Positions 1 to 13,034 are shown, counted from the stretch's first letter. The stretch: 64,000 nt of DNA from Eledone cirrhosa (GCA_964016885.1 OZ024750.1:4402001-4466000), one strand, 5' to 3'. Numbers and translations: made by a program. Notes: generated by a model from the sequence alone, not told the origin.

Positions 1-212
1 CGCTGAGGGCAACTTTACCTTTCACATTTACAAGGATCGATTAAAATAAAGTACCAGTAACGTACTGGAGTCAATTTAATCAATTTTCCCTTTGCACCTA
101 AAATTGTTGCCTTTGTGCCTAAATAAGAAACCATGTTTAAGGGCAGTAGATTGGCATTATCGGTGGAGCGTCGTACAACATGCTTTGTGGCATAGAGTTA
201 CGGCCCTTTACG
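1..212 (+). mobile_element. SINE A 3' part followed by a second SINE A head
   Basis: 1-132 matches the SINE A body and tail, 141-212 matches the head, then (GAA)n follows. Confidence 0.65.
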
Positions 213-675
213 CAGAAAAAGAAGAAGAAGAAGAAGAAGAAGAAGAAGAAGAAGAAGAAGAAGAAGAAGAAGAAGAAAAAGATTTACTTCTAGTATAACG
301 CTAACTTACCTATATTAGGTGCTAGACTTAATCAACGATTCAGCTTAACACCTCCACCTGATCCTAGGGGTGCCTTTAAAAAAAAAAAATGGTGGTGGTG
401 GGAGGGTGTGTGTGATTAGGTCCGGCTTTCCCTCCCTAAATAAACATTTCAAAATATACAAAAAAGAAACTACAGAAAAAAAAAAAAAATCAATACCACT
501 GAGAAATTAATAAACCTTCCAATATCTCGTTTCCACTCAACATATGAAATCTAAGTTTGTTTATGTCTGTGAGAGATAAATCAATATCTTCATATAAGAA
601 CCAATCTTAATACAATGGTCGCCATTTTCACCTGAACAACCAAAAGTTCCTGTTTATTTTAAATATTATTTCCTT

Positions 676-858
676 GAATTGGCAGTATCGGTAGAGGGTC
701 GGACGCCAAGCCTTGACGCATAGTTACGGCCCTTGCTATTCTGAGTTCGAATCCCGTCGAGGTTAACTTTGCCTTTCATCCTTACGGGGTCGATAAAATA
801 AAGTACCAGTAATGCACTGGGTTATTGCTGGCCTTGTGCCAAAAGTAGAAACAATTAT
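676..858 (+). mobile_element. tRNA-derived SINE, family A (Nin-domain-like), full length
   Basis: A-box tggcagtatcgg, B-box gagttcgaatcc, central gcctttcatcc...gtcgataaaataaagtaccag, and TSD attatttcctt (665-675 / 854-864). Confidence 0.85.
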
Positions 859-1033
859 TTCCTTACATATATATATATTTTTACTTAGCAAACTTACTAT
901 CTTTTCTTACTCTGTCTTCTTTTCCTTCAATATATCTTTTATTTATTTATTTCTGTCTTTGTTTGTTTGTTTGTTTCTTTCTTTCTTTCAATTTATCTTT
1001 TCCTTCGTTCTTTCCTTCATTCTATCTATCTAT

Positions 1034-1132
1034 TTGAGGATTTCGATTTATTGTTAGATTTTATGTAAAACCCTCGCCGTCACGTCTTGTAATGTCCCAT
1101 TTTTGTGCGCCCTTGTGGCTAATAAAGAAACA

Positions 1133-1133
<1 letters not shown>
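1034..1133 (+). mobile_element. Second, shorter copy of the (GATA)n-embedded LINE 3' UTR
   Basis: tgtgcgcccttgtggctaataaagaaa is shared with 25324-25351, with (TCTA)n on both sides. Confidence 0.6.
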
Positions 1134-1194
<61 letters not shown>

Positions 1195-1315
1195 ACTTTC
1201 TGTCTTTCTCCCTTCCTTTTATCTTAATTTCTTCATTTTCCCCCCAGTTTCTACTATTTCATCTCACCCTCTCCTCTCTCTTTCCATATGTATAGTAAAT
1301 AGTCAATTTGTCTCT

Positions 1316-1369
<54 letters not shown>

Positions 1370-1902
1370 ATCTCTCCCCCCTCTCTCTCACTCTATCTCT
1401 CTCTCCATCTCTCCTTCTCCCTCTCTCTCACTCCATCTCTCTCCATCTCTCCCTCCCCCTCTCTCTCACTCCATCTCTCTCCATCTCCCCCCTCTCTCTC
1501 TCTCCATCTCTCTCCATCTGTCCTTCACTTTTTAAACATTCAATCATATTTCCTTTCATTAACATTCTCTCTTTTTCAACAACTTTCGTTCCAGTTATCT
1601 TCTTCGCAACACCCTCTCCCCTCTCCCCACACCTACTTGCTTCCTCTTTCTCTCACCCTCTCACTTCTCTCTCCCCCTCTCACTTCTCTCTCCCCCTCTC
1701 ACTTCTCTCTCCCCCTCTCTCTCTACTCCTTTATTTTATTTTCCTATTCTCTCTCTTTTGCTCCCTACAAACTATTATCTTAAATTCCTCTCTCGTTATC
1801 ACATTCTATCTTACTTCCTTTGTTTTCATCAACACACACACACACATATATATATGTGTATATATAATATATACACACACACACACACATATATATGTGT
1901 AT

Positions 1903-1970
<68 letters not shown>

Positions 1971-1981
1971 TATATGTGTAT

Positions 1982-2014
<33 letters not shown>

Positions 2015-2052
2015 ATATATATATACACACACACACATATATATATATGTGT

Positions 2053-2102
<50 letters not shown>

Positions 2103-2146
2103 TACACACACACACACACATATATGTGTATATATATATGTATATG

Positions 2147-2209
<63 letters not shown>

Positions 2210-2443
2210 ACCTCCTATACCTCTCTCTATTCAGCTCTCATTCACTCATCTATCTCTCCCCCTCCCCCCCCTCTCCCCCTCTTACTCTGACTTAAGTTCT
2301 ATATCTCACATTAAGTCTCTTACTCACCTTAATTACCAATTTCTCACAGTTTTAACAGCGCCTCCTCGGATTCTTCTCTAGTTTTCTCCTGCAATAATAA
2401 ATGCCTGCCACTTTCCTCACTCATTCATTAATCATTAATAGAT

Positions 2444-2525
2444 TGCGGTGGATTGGCAGTATCGGTAGAGGGTCGGATACTATGCTTTGTAGCATGGAGT
2501 TACGTCTCTTTATGAGCTGAGTTTA
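2444..2525 (+). mobile_element. SINE A 5' head, truncated
   Basis: gcggtggattggcagtatcggtagagggtcgga... Confidence 0.7.
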
Positions 2526-2703
2526 CATATATATTTATATATATATATAGATATATATAGATATATATGCAGAGGTTATATTTAATTTGTTGGGATTCAA
2601 CAAGCTTAAACATTTTTATAACTGATATAAAGCACTCAACAGTATAAGTGGAGTAAATACACAATATATTAATAAATGGAAACTATATTTATAAAACCAT
2701 AAT

Positions 2704-2769
2704 TATTTTATTATACATATTTCAAGGGCCACCAAGGCAAATTATGGTGCGCTTTCATCAGATAAAATA
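2704..2769 (-). ncRNA. Hammerhead ribozyme motif, inverted copy of 2892-2957
   Basis: Near-exact reverse complement of 2892-2957, within the 2661-3000 palindrome. Confidence 0.8.
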
Positions 2770-2891
2770 CAGATTTGTTTTATAAATAAATATTGACATA
2801 CCCGGAAAAAAGACAACCTATCCTGGAAGCTTCAACAGTTAAGGTTGTCTTTTTTCCGGGTATGTCAATATTTATTTATAAAACAAATCTG

Positions 2892-2957
2892 TATTTTATC
2901 TGATGAAAGCGCACCATAATTTTCCTTGGTGGCCCTTGAAATATGTATAATAAAATA
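2892..2957 (+). ncRNA. Minimal type I hammerhead ribozyme motif (family H)
   Basis: Reads tattttat-CTGATGA-stem II (aagcgcacca...tggtggccctt)-GAAA-tatgta-TA|ataaaata. Stem I is 8 bp and perfect, the core is canonical, and stem III is short and quasi-palindromic. Confidence 0.8.
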
Positions 2958-3020
2958 AATATGGTTTTATAAATATAGTTTCCATTTATTAATATATTGT
3001 ATATATATATAAATATATAT

Positions 3021-3105
<85 letters not shown>

Positions 3106-3178
3106 GAGAGAGAGAGCGGGGGAGAGAGAGACCGGGTATCAGAACGATGGAGTAACATTTTTTAATTATATATTATAT

Positions 3179-3230
3179 AGAGTCGAGACCCAACCGCTGA
3201 GCTCTTCCCGTTTCAACAGCTAGTTCCGGA

Positions 3231-3233
<3 letters not shown>
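3179..3233 (-). mobile_element. Family D fragment
   Basis: gacccaaccgctgagctcttcccgtttcaacagctagttccgga followed by (TA)n. Confidence 0.55.
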
Positions 3234-3276
<43 letters not shown>

Positions 3277-3468
3277 AAAGTTAAACAAAGTTCAATGAGT
3301 TCAATGAATAAATCAAAGAATGAGTTTTACAATAGATTGGAAGCACTCGACAGATTGGTTTTCCAGAGTTATTAATATTAATTCAAAATATTAACAAAAT
3401 AGATATTTATTGACTACCATGACTGAATCTTAACCATCTACTATGTGAGGGTATGTCATGCATCATCT

Positions 3469-3535
3469 TATTTTATCTGATGAGGACGTACTGTTGAAGT
3501 TAACTCAGTACCTCTGAAATATGTATAATAAAATA
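3469..3535 (+). ncRNA. Minimal type I hammerhead ribozyme motif (family H)
   Basis: Reads tattttat-CTGATGA-ggacgtactg...cagtacctct-GAAA-tatgta-TA|ataaaata. Confidence 0.8.
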
Positions 3536-3752
3536 TACTTGATCACAAGAATATCTATTTTGTTAATATGTTGAATTAATATATATATATATATATATAT
3601 ATAAGATATCTACAAGCCACTCTCTCCTACTTCTCCAACCTCTGCATATCTTTCCTTCTCTCTCCTTCTTCCCTACTTTTCTCTCTTCCTGTTCCACTCT
3701 ATCTTCCCCAACAACCCCACTTAAGGGTTTTTACATTGTACATTTACCATTC

Positions 3753-3864
3753 TGCTCTGAAGAAACAGTGGTCACAGCATTGGATATTCGAGTTCTGCAA
3801 ATACTTGTGAATTTGCACGTAGCGGAACTAGGCTGCAGTACCACCGTGGAAAGACTTGTAAGCA
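3753..3864 (+). ncRNA. Degenerate hammerhead-like motif with long stem II, probably a Penelope-like 3' end
   Basis: Reads tgct-CTGAAGA-aacagtggt...accaccgtg-GAAA-gacttg-TA|agca, then AATAAA and (TA)n. Stem III is mismatched. Confidence 0.45.
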
Positions 3865-3911
3865 CACGCAATAAATTACCTTTTTATGATGTCTACCTGT
3901 TATTATTCATT

Positions 3912-3951
<40 letters not shown>

Positions 3952-4460
3952 TTGTGTGTGTGTGTATTTGTATTATATTATAATTATAAAACCACCCAAC
4001 CTTGGATCAGTTCTCAAAATATCCATTTACCATTTACTTCCTTCCCAAGTCGGTTAAAATGGTTTGTTTTAAATAGAATATATATTCACTCTGTGATCTA
4101 ATTAAGCTAGCCATGACCTGAACCGTGTTCACTTGAATCGTTGTCAGGTTATTTATCTGACGTAAACAAACCCATACATGCACCTGCTATTTGACATGCA
4201 TAGAATCAAGGAAGTGGAACTTTTGTAACACAGGAATTAATTCAGTAGAGATATTTAACTAACCCACACCTGTAACTTTACGCTGGCAAATTATTAAGGT
4301 CATTAGATCGTCGGATAAGATAAATGCCTTACTGTAGTGTTATTAGGTTCCGCTTTATAGGCTGAGAGTTCGTATCCCACCCAGGTTAGCATTATTTTTA
4401 ATTACTTCGGATTTGAAAGATCTTATAAATAAAATGATCAGCCTAGTACTGAATTCTCTC

Positions 4461-4523
<63 letters not shown>

Positions 4524-4532
4524 TTCTCTCTG

Positions 4533-4625
<93 letters not shown>

Positions 4626-4656
4626 AGTTGACGGGACTAGCATAAGTGTGTGTGTG

Positions 4657-4711
4657 TCTGGAACTAGCTGTTGAAACGGGCAACAGCTCATGCTTCAGGT
4701 CCCAACTCTTT
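4657..4711 (+). mobile_element. Family D fragment
   Basis: ctggaactagctgttgaaacgggcaacagctca...ggtcccaactct between microsatellites. Confidence 0.5.
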
Positions 4712-4830
<119 letters not shown>

Positions 4831-4859
4831 GGAGAGAAAGAGAAATATCTTTTATTGTT

Positions 4860-5100
4860 ACCATGACGTTATCTACTCCACTAAATGAGCAGATTGTACG
4901 CCACCCTCATCCAATTTACCTTAATGCACCTGCCTGTCACCTCGCCATTCTTACTGCTTTATTCATCAAAACGTTGGCAAGTCCTTTCCTGGTGTGTAAC
5001 CTACTGGACCTCACCCCTTTCCTACTTACGCATCTCTTACCACCATCGATCCACAGTAGCTCAAACTCAGAGTCAACTGCATCCTCTTCACTAAACTGAG
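4860..5100 (+). mobile_element. Possible highly degenerate CR1/Jockey-group LINE 3' remnant
   Basis: GC-richer island ending ...IDPQ*LKLRVN..., with only weak motif similarity. Confidence 0.3.
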
Positions 5101-6574
5101 ACGACATGCAAAGCTACAAATGGAAAAAATGAAACGAAATTTCATTTCCCACTCTTAGTACGGCTGTTACTTAAATATAAGTATGTACACGTACATATAT
5201 ATATGTATACAGACGTACAGTAGTATGTATATATATACATACATGCACACATATATATATATATATATATGTACGTATGGATTCACCGAACATTTATTAT
5301 ATAAAGCTACAAATGTTATCTATATACCCGTTATGCTGTTTTCTCTCTATATTGTAGGATGGCTCCATTATAGGGAGAAGATAGTGATGAATATAAAATG
5401 AGATACAAAGACATGGATTAGGTGAGAGCTTGAGGATCGGGAATAAAGGTGGAAAATGTGAGTTAATGAGGTGATAAACGAGCATAAAAATAGATTTAAA
5501 GGGAAGGGAGAGATACAATTAGAGTCAGCAGTGAAAACTGAAGGGGAATGTAGATAGAGAAATAGCGAAAGGTAGAGAGAGATAAAGAGGGAAAGAGAGA
5601 GCAAGAAAGTGATGAAGAAAGATAAAGAGAGAGATGGAGAGAGAGAGAGAGAAAGAGAGAGCGAGAGAGAGAGAGAGAGGGGGAGAGAGAGATGTCGAAC
5701 ATCTAGTCGAAATGGCTTAGATATAAATTACAAAATAAAATAAAAAAAAAAGGATTTAGATACAGTCCAAATTCTTTATCTTTCATGTTTATGAAAATAA
5801 AAAATATAAACCAATAAAACAATAGTAAAAAGAAAAACAACAACATTAGAAGCAACAACAACAACAACAGCTATCACAACACAACAGCTATCACAAGTTA
5901 TAGACAGCCACAACAACAATAAACGACATCATCTTATAAGTATTCTTCCACATTTTCTAGCAAAATGGTTTTTTGCTTAAAGTAAGTTTATCGTCAAAAT
6001 AAAGATTAGATAAAACAATAACTGGCGTTGCCTTTCAAAACAGTCGCTATTTATCTTCAACAAACCTTTTCACAGAGTCTACCGCCATGTTTTTCTTATA
6101 ATTAATATCAATATTGTCCTTCGCTTCCCCCTCTAAATTTTCTTAAATTTGAATTGCCAAGCCAAAGAGAAAACTTTTCAAGAATATCTAGATTTTTGTT
6201 CCATCTTCTTCACAGCTGGGATTCATTTAAAAAGTTCACGATAAATACCACCGGATTGTGCTAGATTTTTTCTTTATTCTTTTTTCTTGTTTTCTTTTTT
6301 TTTCTTTTTTCTTTTAGAGTTCGTTTCTTCGCCAGAAATGAATATAAGAGAATATATATTTACATAAAGAAGCATGCCTCATTTAAATATTTTTAGTTGG
6401 AGGGAGCTTATAATTTATTTACTTTTGTGTGGTGGAGGTGTTCACTCTATTAACCTATCTATATTTGTTTCAGGTGGTAATACTGAAATACGTTCTGAGA
6501 GTAAAAAAAGCGATTGAGGAGAGACAGAGAGTGGAGGGAGAGAGAGCGAGGGAGAGAGAGAGAGATATAGATAG

Positions 6575-6662
<88 letters not shown>

Positions 6663-7211
6663 TGTATGTGGTGTGTGTGTGTGTGTGTGTGAGCTAGTAA
6701 GGGAGAAAGGAAATATAAGGAAAGATGATTTTGCTTGTTTAATATGTTGGCCTTTGATAGAAACTACAAACCTCGGTGCCATGAGTCAAATATTTCAGGT
6801 TATTGCTCAATGTTTTTATATACGAGGTTTAGATATTCTTAAAATAAACTATGGAGAAAAGCATTGCCCCAGACTATAATAATAACTATTGATTTCAAAC
6901 ATAGACATGATGCCACATATTTGGGGTGAAGTGTGGTCCTTTATATGAAGTTTAGTATTTGACTGTTACTTTTTTTATTGACCTTGGAAAGATGAAAGAT
7001 AAAACTGACATCATCAGAAATTGAGCTCAAATTATAAAAAGACATAAATAGATACCACAACCAAATTTGTTCCCTGATCTACCAATTATTCCAATCCGGT
7101 CCCTACTCTCAATATCTGTAAAATATATATTTCAAATATTAGCACAATGCAACAATTTATGTGGGATATTGTCGATGATATCTGTTCCAGTTCTTGACTG
7201 TTATTTTATAC

Positions 7212-7495
7212 TTTTATACTCTACCTGTAATATACTGAAGTCGATTCTCTACACTTTTATACTGTACCTGTAATATACTGAAGTCGATTCTCTACACTTT
7301 TATACTCTACTTGTAATATACTGAAGTCGATTCTCTACACTTTTATACTCTACCTGTAATATACTGAAGTCGATTCTCTACACTTTTATACTCTACCTGT
7401 AATATACTGAAGTCGATTCTCTACACTTTTATACTCTACCTGTAATATACTGAAGTCGATTCTCTACACTTTTATACTCTACCTGTAATATACTG
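7212..7495. repeat. 43-bp minisatellite, ~6.6 copies
   Basis: Unit ttttatactctacctgtaatatactgaagtcgattctctacac. Confidence 0.95.
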
Positions 7496-7649
7496 GGGTC
7501 TTTTCGCTATACTCATGTGTGGTATTGTGCTCAAGCAAGAAATCATTATAGTTTAATGAAGCTGCTGAGTATTAAAGAGCAGAGCCTCAGTTAAATGCCA
7601 TGCCATACTCAATAATGTAGGATCTAATTATAAATACAAAAGATATAGA

Positions 7650-7770
7650 CATCGCCTTTCATTCAACTGAGATCAATAAATTAGGTACTAGTCAAGTACT
7701 GAGAGAAGTATAATGAATTGTCTCCCCTTTGAAAACTATTGGTCTTGTGCCAATCTTATAAATCAATATC
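7650..7770 (+). mobile_element. Degenerate SINE A body
   Basis: gcctttcattc...atcaataaattaggtactagt...ggtcttgtgccaa. Confidence 0.45.
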
Positions 7771-8059
7771 GTTTTCTAGTTCCAAGTGGAAATTATTACC
7801 AGGGGTTGACTCTGACGTTCATTCATCTATCCATGATCGATAAAACAAATACCAGCTATATATTGGTTTCCTGTGTTTAATCAATCAATTATAATTCTTT
7901 GTTTTTATGTATTTGTTGCTTTTGGGGCAATATAAGAATATTTATTTATTTATGAATTATTAATAGTAAAACATAATAGTGTATAACTTCGTGAACTGCA
8001 TAAACACACGTTCTTGAATAAATATGCATATGTCTATATATATACTGTATATATATATA

Positions 8060-8230
<171 letters not shown>

Positions 8231-8263
8231 TGTGTGCATGTGTGTGTACGTGTGAGATTGAGA

Positions 8264-8295
<32 letters not shown>

Positions 8296-8313
8296 AAGAG
8301 AGAGGGAGGGAGG

Positions 8314-8349
<36 letters not shown>

Positions 8350-9132
8350 GAGAGAGAGAGTCTGAGTGAGGGCGGGGAATGAGAGAAGCAAAACTAACAA
8401 CACTTCTGACCTACAATGATTTCCGGGTCACCATCTATGTAATCTAATTACAATAATTGTATTAAAGTCATCCACTTTCATCTGTTTACTCCGCTTTAGA
8501 TGGAAGTTAAAAAATTATTTCTTTTAAGATTGTTTTTTGTTTTTTTATTGATTTTGTTATTTATTTTCTATTTTACTCCCTTCGCGATTCTTAATATATT
8601 TTACAAAAATTCAAATTTTTCTATGTTATTCTAAATCTCTGGTGGATATTTTCAAATTCAAAGCAATAATTTCGTTATTGATATGTTATTTTAAGTGTTC
8701 AAAAACTTAAAGCAAAAAAAAAAGACCTACCAAAAAAAAAAAAAAAAAATACAACAAACAAACTATAAAGAAAACGATAGAAATTTGTTATAGTAATTTA
8801 TATAGCAGGCCATTCCACAAGACTTTATTTCACCAAAGCACTGTAACTACATCGTATGCTTACTGAAGAGTTGTTTGACATTTCCAGAAGCAAAAAGGGA
8901 AAACAGATTGAAAGAGTTGAACATTAAAGGTTTGTTATCTCTAAGAATCTCAGAGGAAATTATTACATTCGTCTAAATTTGAAGGGTGTAATGTTTATGG
9001 TGATTCTAATACAATAAAGTAACTGGTGTTTGTTAGTTGGTCAACAGTCTACAATAAAGATTGGATTTCTAATACAGTAGTATATCTGAATATAATATGT
9101 GCTACTGTGTATTTGAGGGACTTAGTTTTTCA

Positions 9133-9198
<66 letters not shown>

Positions 9199-9302
9199 TG
9201 TATATATATATATATATGTAAATATATGTACAAATGTATATGTATGCACACATACATGCACACACACACACACAGAAATATGTATGTATATATATATATA
9301 TT

Positions 9303-9333
<31 letters not shown>

Positions 9334-9489
9334 GTGCGTACATATACATGCATCTACACAAACATATATACGTACAAATCAAAGCACTTGTTTATATGAG
9401 TGAGGTATTTATCAATAAAGTGCGTGCGTGTGTGAGCGTGTGTGAGCGTGTGTGAGCGTGCGTGAGAAGGAGATAGAGGGAGGGAGAGA

Positions 9490-9531
<42 letters not shown>

Positions 9532-10552
9532 GAGAGAAAGAGAGAAAGAGATAAGAGAGATAGAGAAAGAAGAAGAAATATGAAGTCGCAGACAGGTCAT
9601 ATACTTATTTAAGAAAACTAAATGGAATCTGCGTTAAATCAATATTTTATATTGTGTCTTATGACCTCTGATTAGTTTTCCTTAGTGGCATGTGATTGAC
9701 ATCTGATTCCAAATAATAGGTTTAACCTATATCATAGAAAGATTAGTTTCAATTATCTTCTATAAATTGTGCGAACGTTTATTTTGAGAGTGTATAACAC
9801 AAGCTAATGAGCAGTTAGAAGAAAGTATTCGCACACAAATAAAGGAGAAACTTGCCAAGTATATTTTGAAAATTATTGATCTTTATTTGTTGTGGCGTTT
9901 GTTACTAAAATATGTTCAGTGTAGTAGTAATGGCAGTAAGATGAAGCTGGCTTAACTAACCTGATATATAAAATAGGAAACGTTGTTTTTCTCCATCAAT
10001 GGAGCTTCATAAGACCAGTAATTATCAGATTGTGTAATGTAAAGATAGTTAATAAACCTCTTCTGATTGGAATGCTAGACTATCATAAACCAAATACCGC
10101 CCCCCCCCCAGACTCTCAGTTTTATCATGCTCCATAATAAGAGCATAATTAAAGTGAGTTCAATTCAGAGGCGGTGGAGCATTTGTGAATTGGGAAGTGG
10201 GGGCGAAATTTGGACAATTTAGTTGTAGTGATTAGTTTGGCTCTTTGCACTTTAAAATGTCAGAAAACTTCGATATGTGGTAAACATAAATTGTAGCGCA
10301 TATCTAAATAGATGTGTTTTGGTAGTTTGGGGCGAAAATATAATTATTTTATTCTATCGTTTCCTTTTCTATTAAACTGTATCCACAAGATATATTCCAT
10401 AAATCAAAATAATTTGAATTAAGAGTTATGAGTTGAATTAGTTTGAGGTGTGTTGATTGGTTCAATGTGTGTGTGTGTGGGGGGGGGGGGGGGGGTAAAA
10501 GTTAGGTAAAAATATACAAGTAAGTTCGTTTTTGAAACAGCGAGCAAGTTTG

Positions 10553-10751
10553 AAATTAGAAATAGAAGCTTTCCCGTATTTTTCATTAAAGAAATTTTAG
10601 CCTGATTGTAGGGTTTAGAACCCTCTAAGAAATGGAAAAAAATGTACGTCAATACTCATCTTTTTCTATTTCTTAGAGGATGCTAAACCTTACTATCAGG
10701 CTAAAATTTCTTTAGTAAAAAAAATACCCCGAAAGCTTCTATTTCTAATTT
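10553..10751. repeat. ~200-bp imperfect palindrome (dispersed family; second copy at 61175-61308)
   Basis: aaattagaaatagaagctttc...gaaattttagcctgat / atcaggctaaaatttc...gaaagcttctatttctaattt. Confidence 0.8.
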
Positions 10752-11157
10752 TATAGTAAAATTATAACTTTTCAGGCAGATATTTTATTTTGACGGCTAA
10801 ATAATCTTTAGTTACTTTGGCTATTAAGTGAAAAGGGCTTCTTTCTTGGTTTCGGGTTAGTATATAGATGTTTTCTGATAGATGAACCAATTCCCAGATG
10901 TGCGACAAGTAAGTACTCTATTTATTGTTGTATATATTCTTTTTACAGCCTTAGCAGTTCTTCAGGACTAAAATATTAATGGCTATAACGAGCGAACCCG
11001 GTCATTTTAGTACAGTTTTGGCAAAATATAGTATGTCCCCACCATGACAAATCGACCAGGAATTTGAGGCCACGTGTTGAAGGCACAGTGATTTTAGTTG
11101 TATTTTTTGACAGCATAGGGGAAGTATAATACATTTGGGTTTTTTGTTTTTATTTTG

Positions 11158-11225
<68 letters not shown>

Positions 11226-11600
11226 TGTGTTGTGTGTGTTTTGTTTGTTTTCAGCGCTGTTGAATGTGACTATGTTCTCATTTCATTATGTTTTGATTAA
11301 TTAAAAGGGAAGCGAACGCTACGCGGGAGATGTGGAAGCTTTGTATAGAAAGTGTATGTGAAATGATGGAGAAGGGTTCACAGTGATGTCGTCACAGGAA
11401 TAGGATTATGTATAAGGGTAACATAAAGTAGGTTATTATACAGAAATAAATGAGTCAGAGAAATTACTGTATTTTTTGTATCCTTTCCCCGCATTCAGTT
11501 GATATAATATAAATGGACACCGTCGAGACATACAGGAAAAGCTTATATAAATGTAAAGTTCGAATATTTTTTATGTTAGAAGCACCCTAAAAGTTTATTA

Positions 11601-12093
<493 letters not shown>

Positions 12094-12198
12094 GTTTATT
12101 AGAACATTTTTCAAAGTGTAATATTGTATTCTCAGCATTCTATAGATAAGACGTTGTTTTCTGTTTTTTCATTTAATACTGGTATATACTTACATTTA

Positions 12199-12255
12199 AT
12201 ACCAGTAATGCACTGGGTATTTGCTGGCCTTGTGCCTAAAGTAGAAACAGTTATT
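12199..12255 (+). mobile_element. SINE A 3' tail
   Basis: taccagtaatgcactgggtatttgctggccttgtgcctaaagtagaaac. Confidence 0.7.
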
Positions 12256-12440
12256 AAGTTAAAACAAACATTTGAACAAAAAAAAAAAGGAGTTGATGAG
12301 TTTTGGGAATATGGAAATAAACTTAAATTGATTGATGAGCCAACAGCTTTTATTTGTTTTGAGAAAATGAAATATTTGATGGATGTGTTGACTGTATAAA
12401 CTGAGTAGCAAATATCCGATTATAATATATTGAGAGAAAC

Positions 12441-12494
12441 AGATCTAGCTGTCGAAACGGCCGGCGCTCAGCCGTCAGGATCCTGACTCTTTTC
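12441..12494 (+). mobile_element. Family D fragment
   Basis: agatctagctgtcGAAAcggccggcgctcagccgTCaggatcctgactcttttc followed by (TA)n. Confidence 0.6.
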
Positions 12495-12605
<111 letters not shown>

Positions 12606-12667
12606 CGTGTGTGTGTGTGTGTCTGTGTGTGTCTGTGTGTCTGTGTGTGTGTGTGTATATATATATA

Positions 12668-12847
12668 TAGTAATAATAATAAATTTGAAGACTAAAATCC
12701 AAAGAGGGCTCGATAAGGATAAATATATATCAGATATATAAGAACCGTAGAGCAAATATTTATTAAAATAACAGATTAAAGTTTAAGCAAAGAATCGCTG
12801 CTTTCACCCTTAACGGGATCTTCTGAAACTTTCAGAAGATCCCGTTT
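12668..12847 (-). mobile_element. Family C (TA)n-embedded element with variant HHR (CAGAAGA core) and terminal fold-back
   Basis: Near-identical to 23248-23317 and 50735-50913. Contains the palindrome aacgggatcttctgaaa-c-tttcagaagatcccgtt. Confidence 0.65.
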
Positions 12848-12968
12848 TTAATAAATATATATATATTAGTCCCGACAACTTATTATATATATATATATGT
12901 ATATATATATAAATATATATATATATATGATATTAAATAAATGGAAACTATATTTATAAAACCATATT

Positions 12969-13034
12969 TATTTCGTTATATATATTTCAGGGATATCATA
13001 TTAACAATATGTTATGCCATCTTCAGACAAAATA
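12969..13034 (-). ncRNA. Minimal type I hammerhead ribozyme motif (family H)
   Basis: Minus strand reads tattttgt-CTGAAGA-tggcataacatatt...aatatgatatccct-GAAA-tatata-TA|acgaaata. The downstream flank matches 2960-3000. Confidence 0.72.

Larger units (their letters stand above)
2661..3000. mobile_element. Inverted pair of Penelope-like terminal fragments (~159-bp arms, 22-bp spacer)
   Basis: 2661-2819 is a near-perfect reverse complement of 2842-3000. Each arm carries an HHR and (TA)n lies nearby on both sides. Confidence 0.7.

Noticed and set aside
7212-7495. CRISPR-like repeat array
   Set aside because: Units are contiguous with no unique spacers, there are no cas genes, and the context is eukaryotic.
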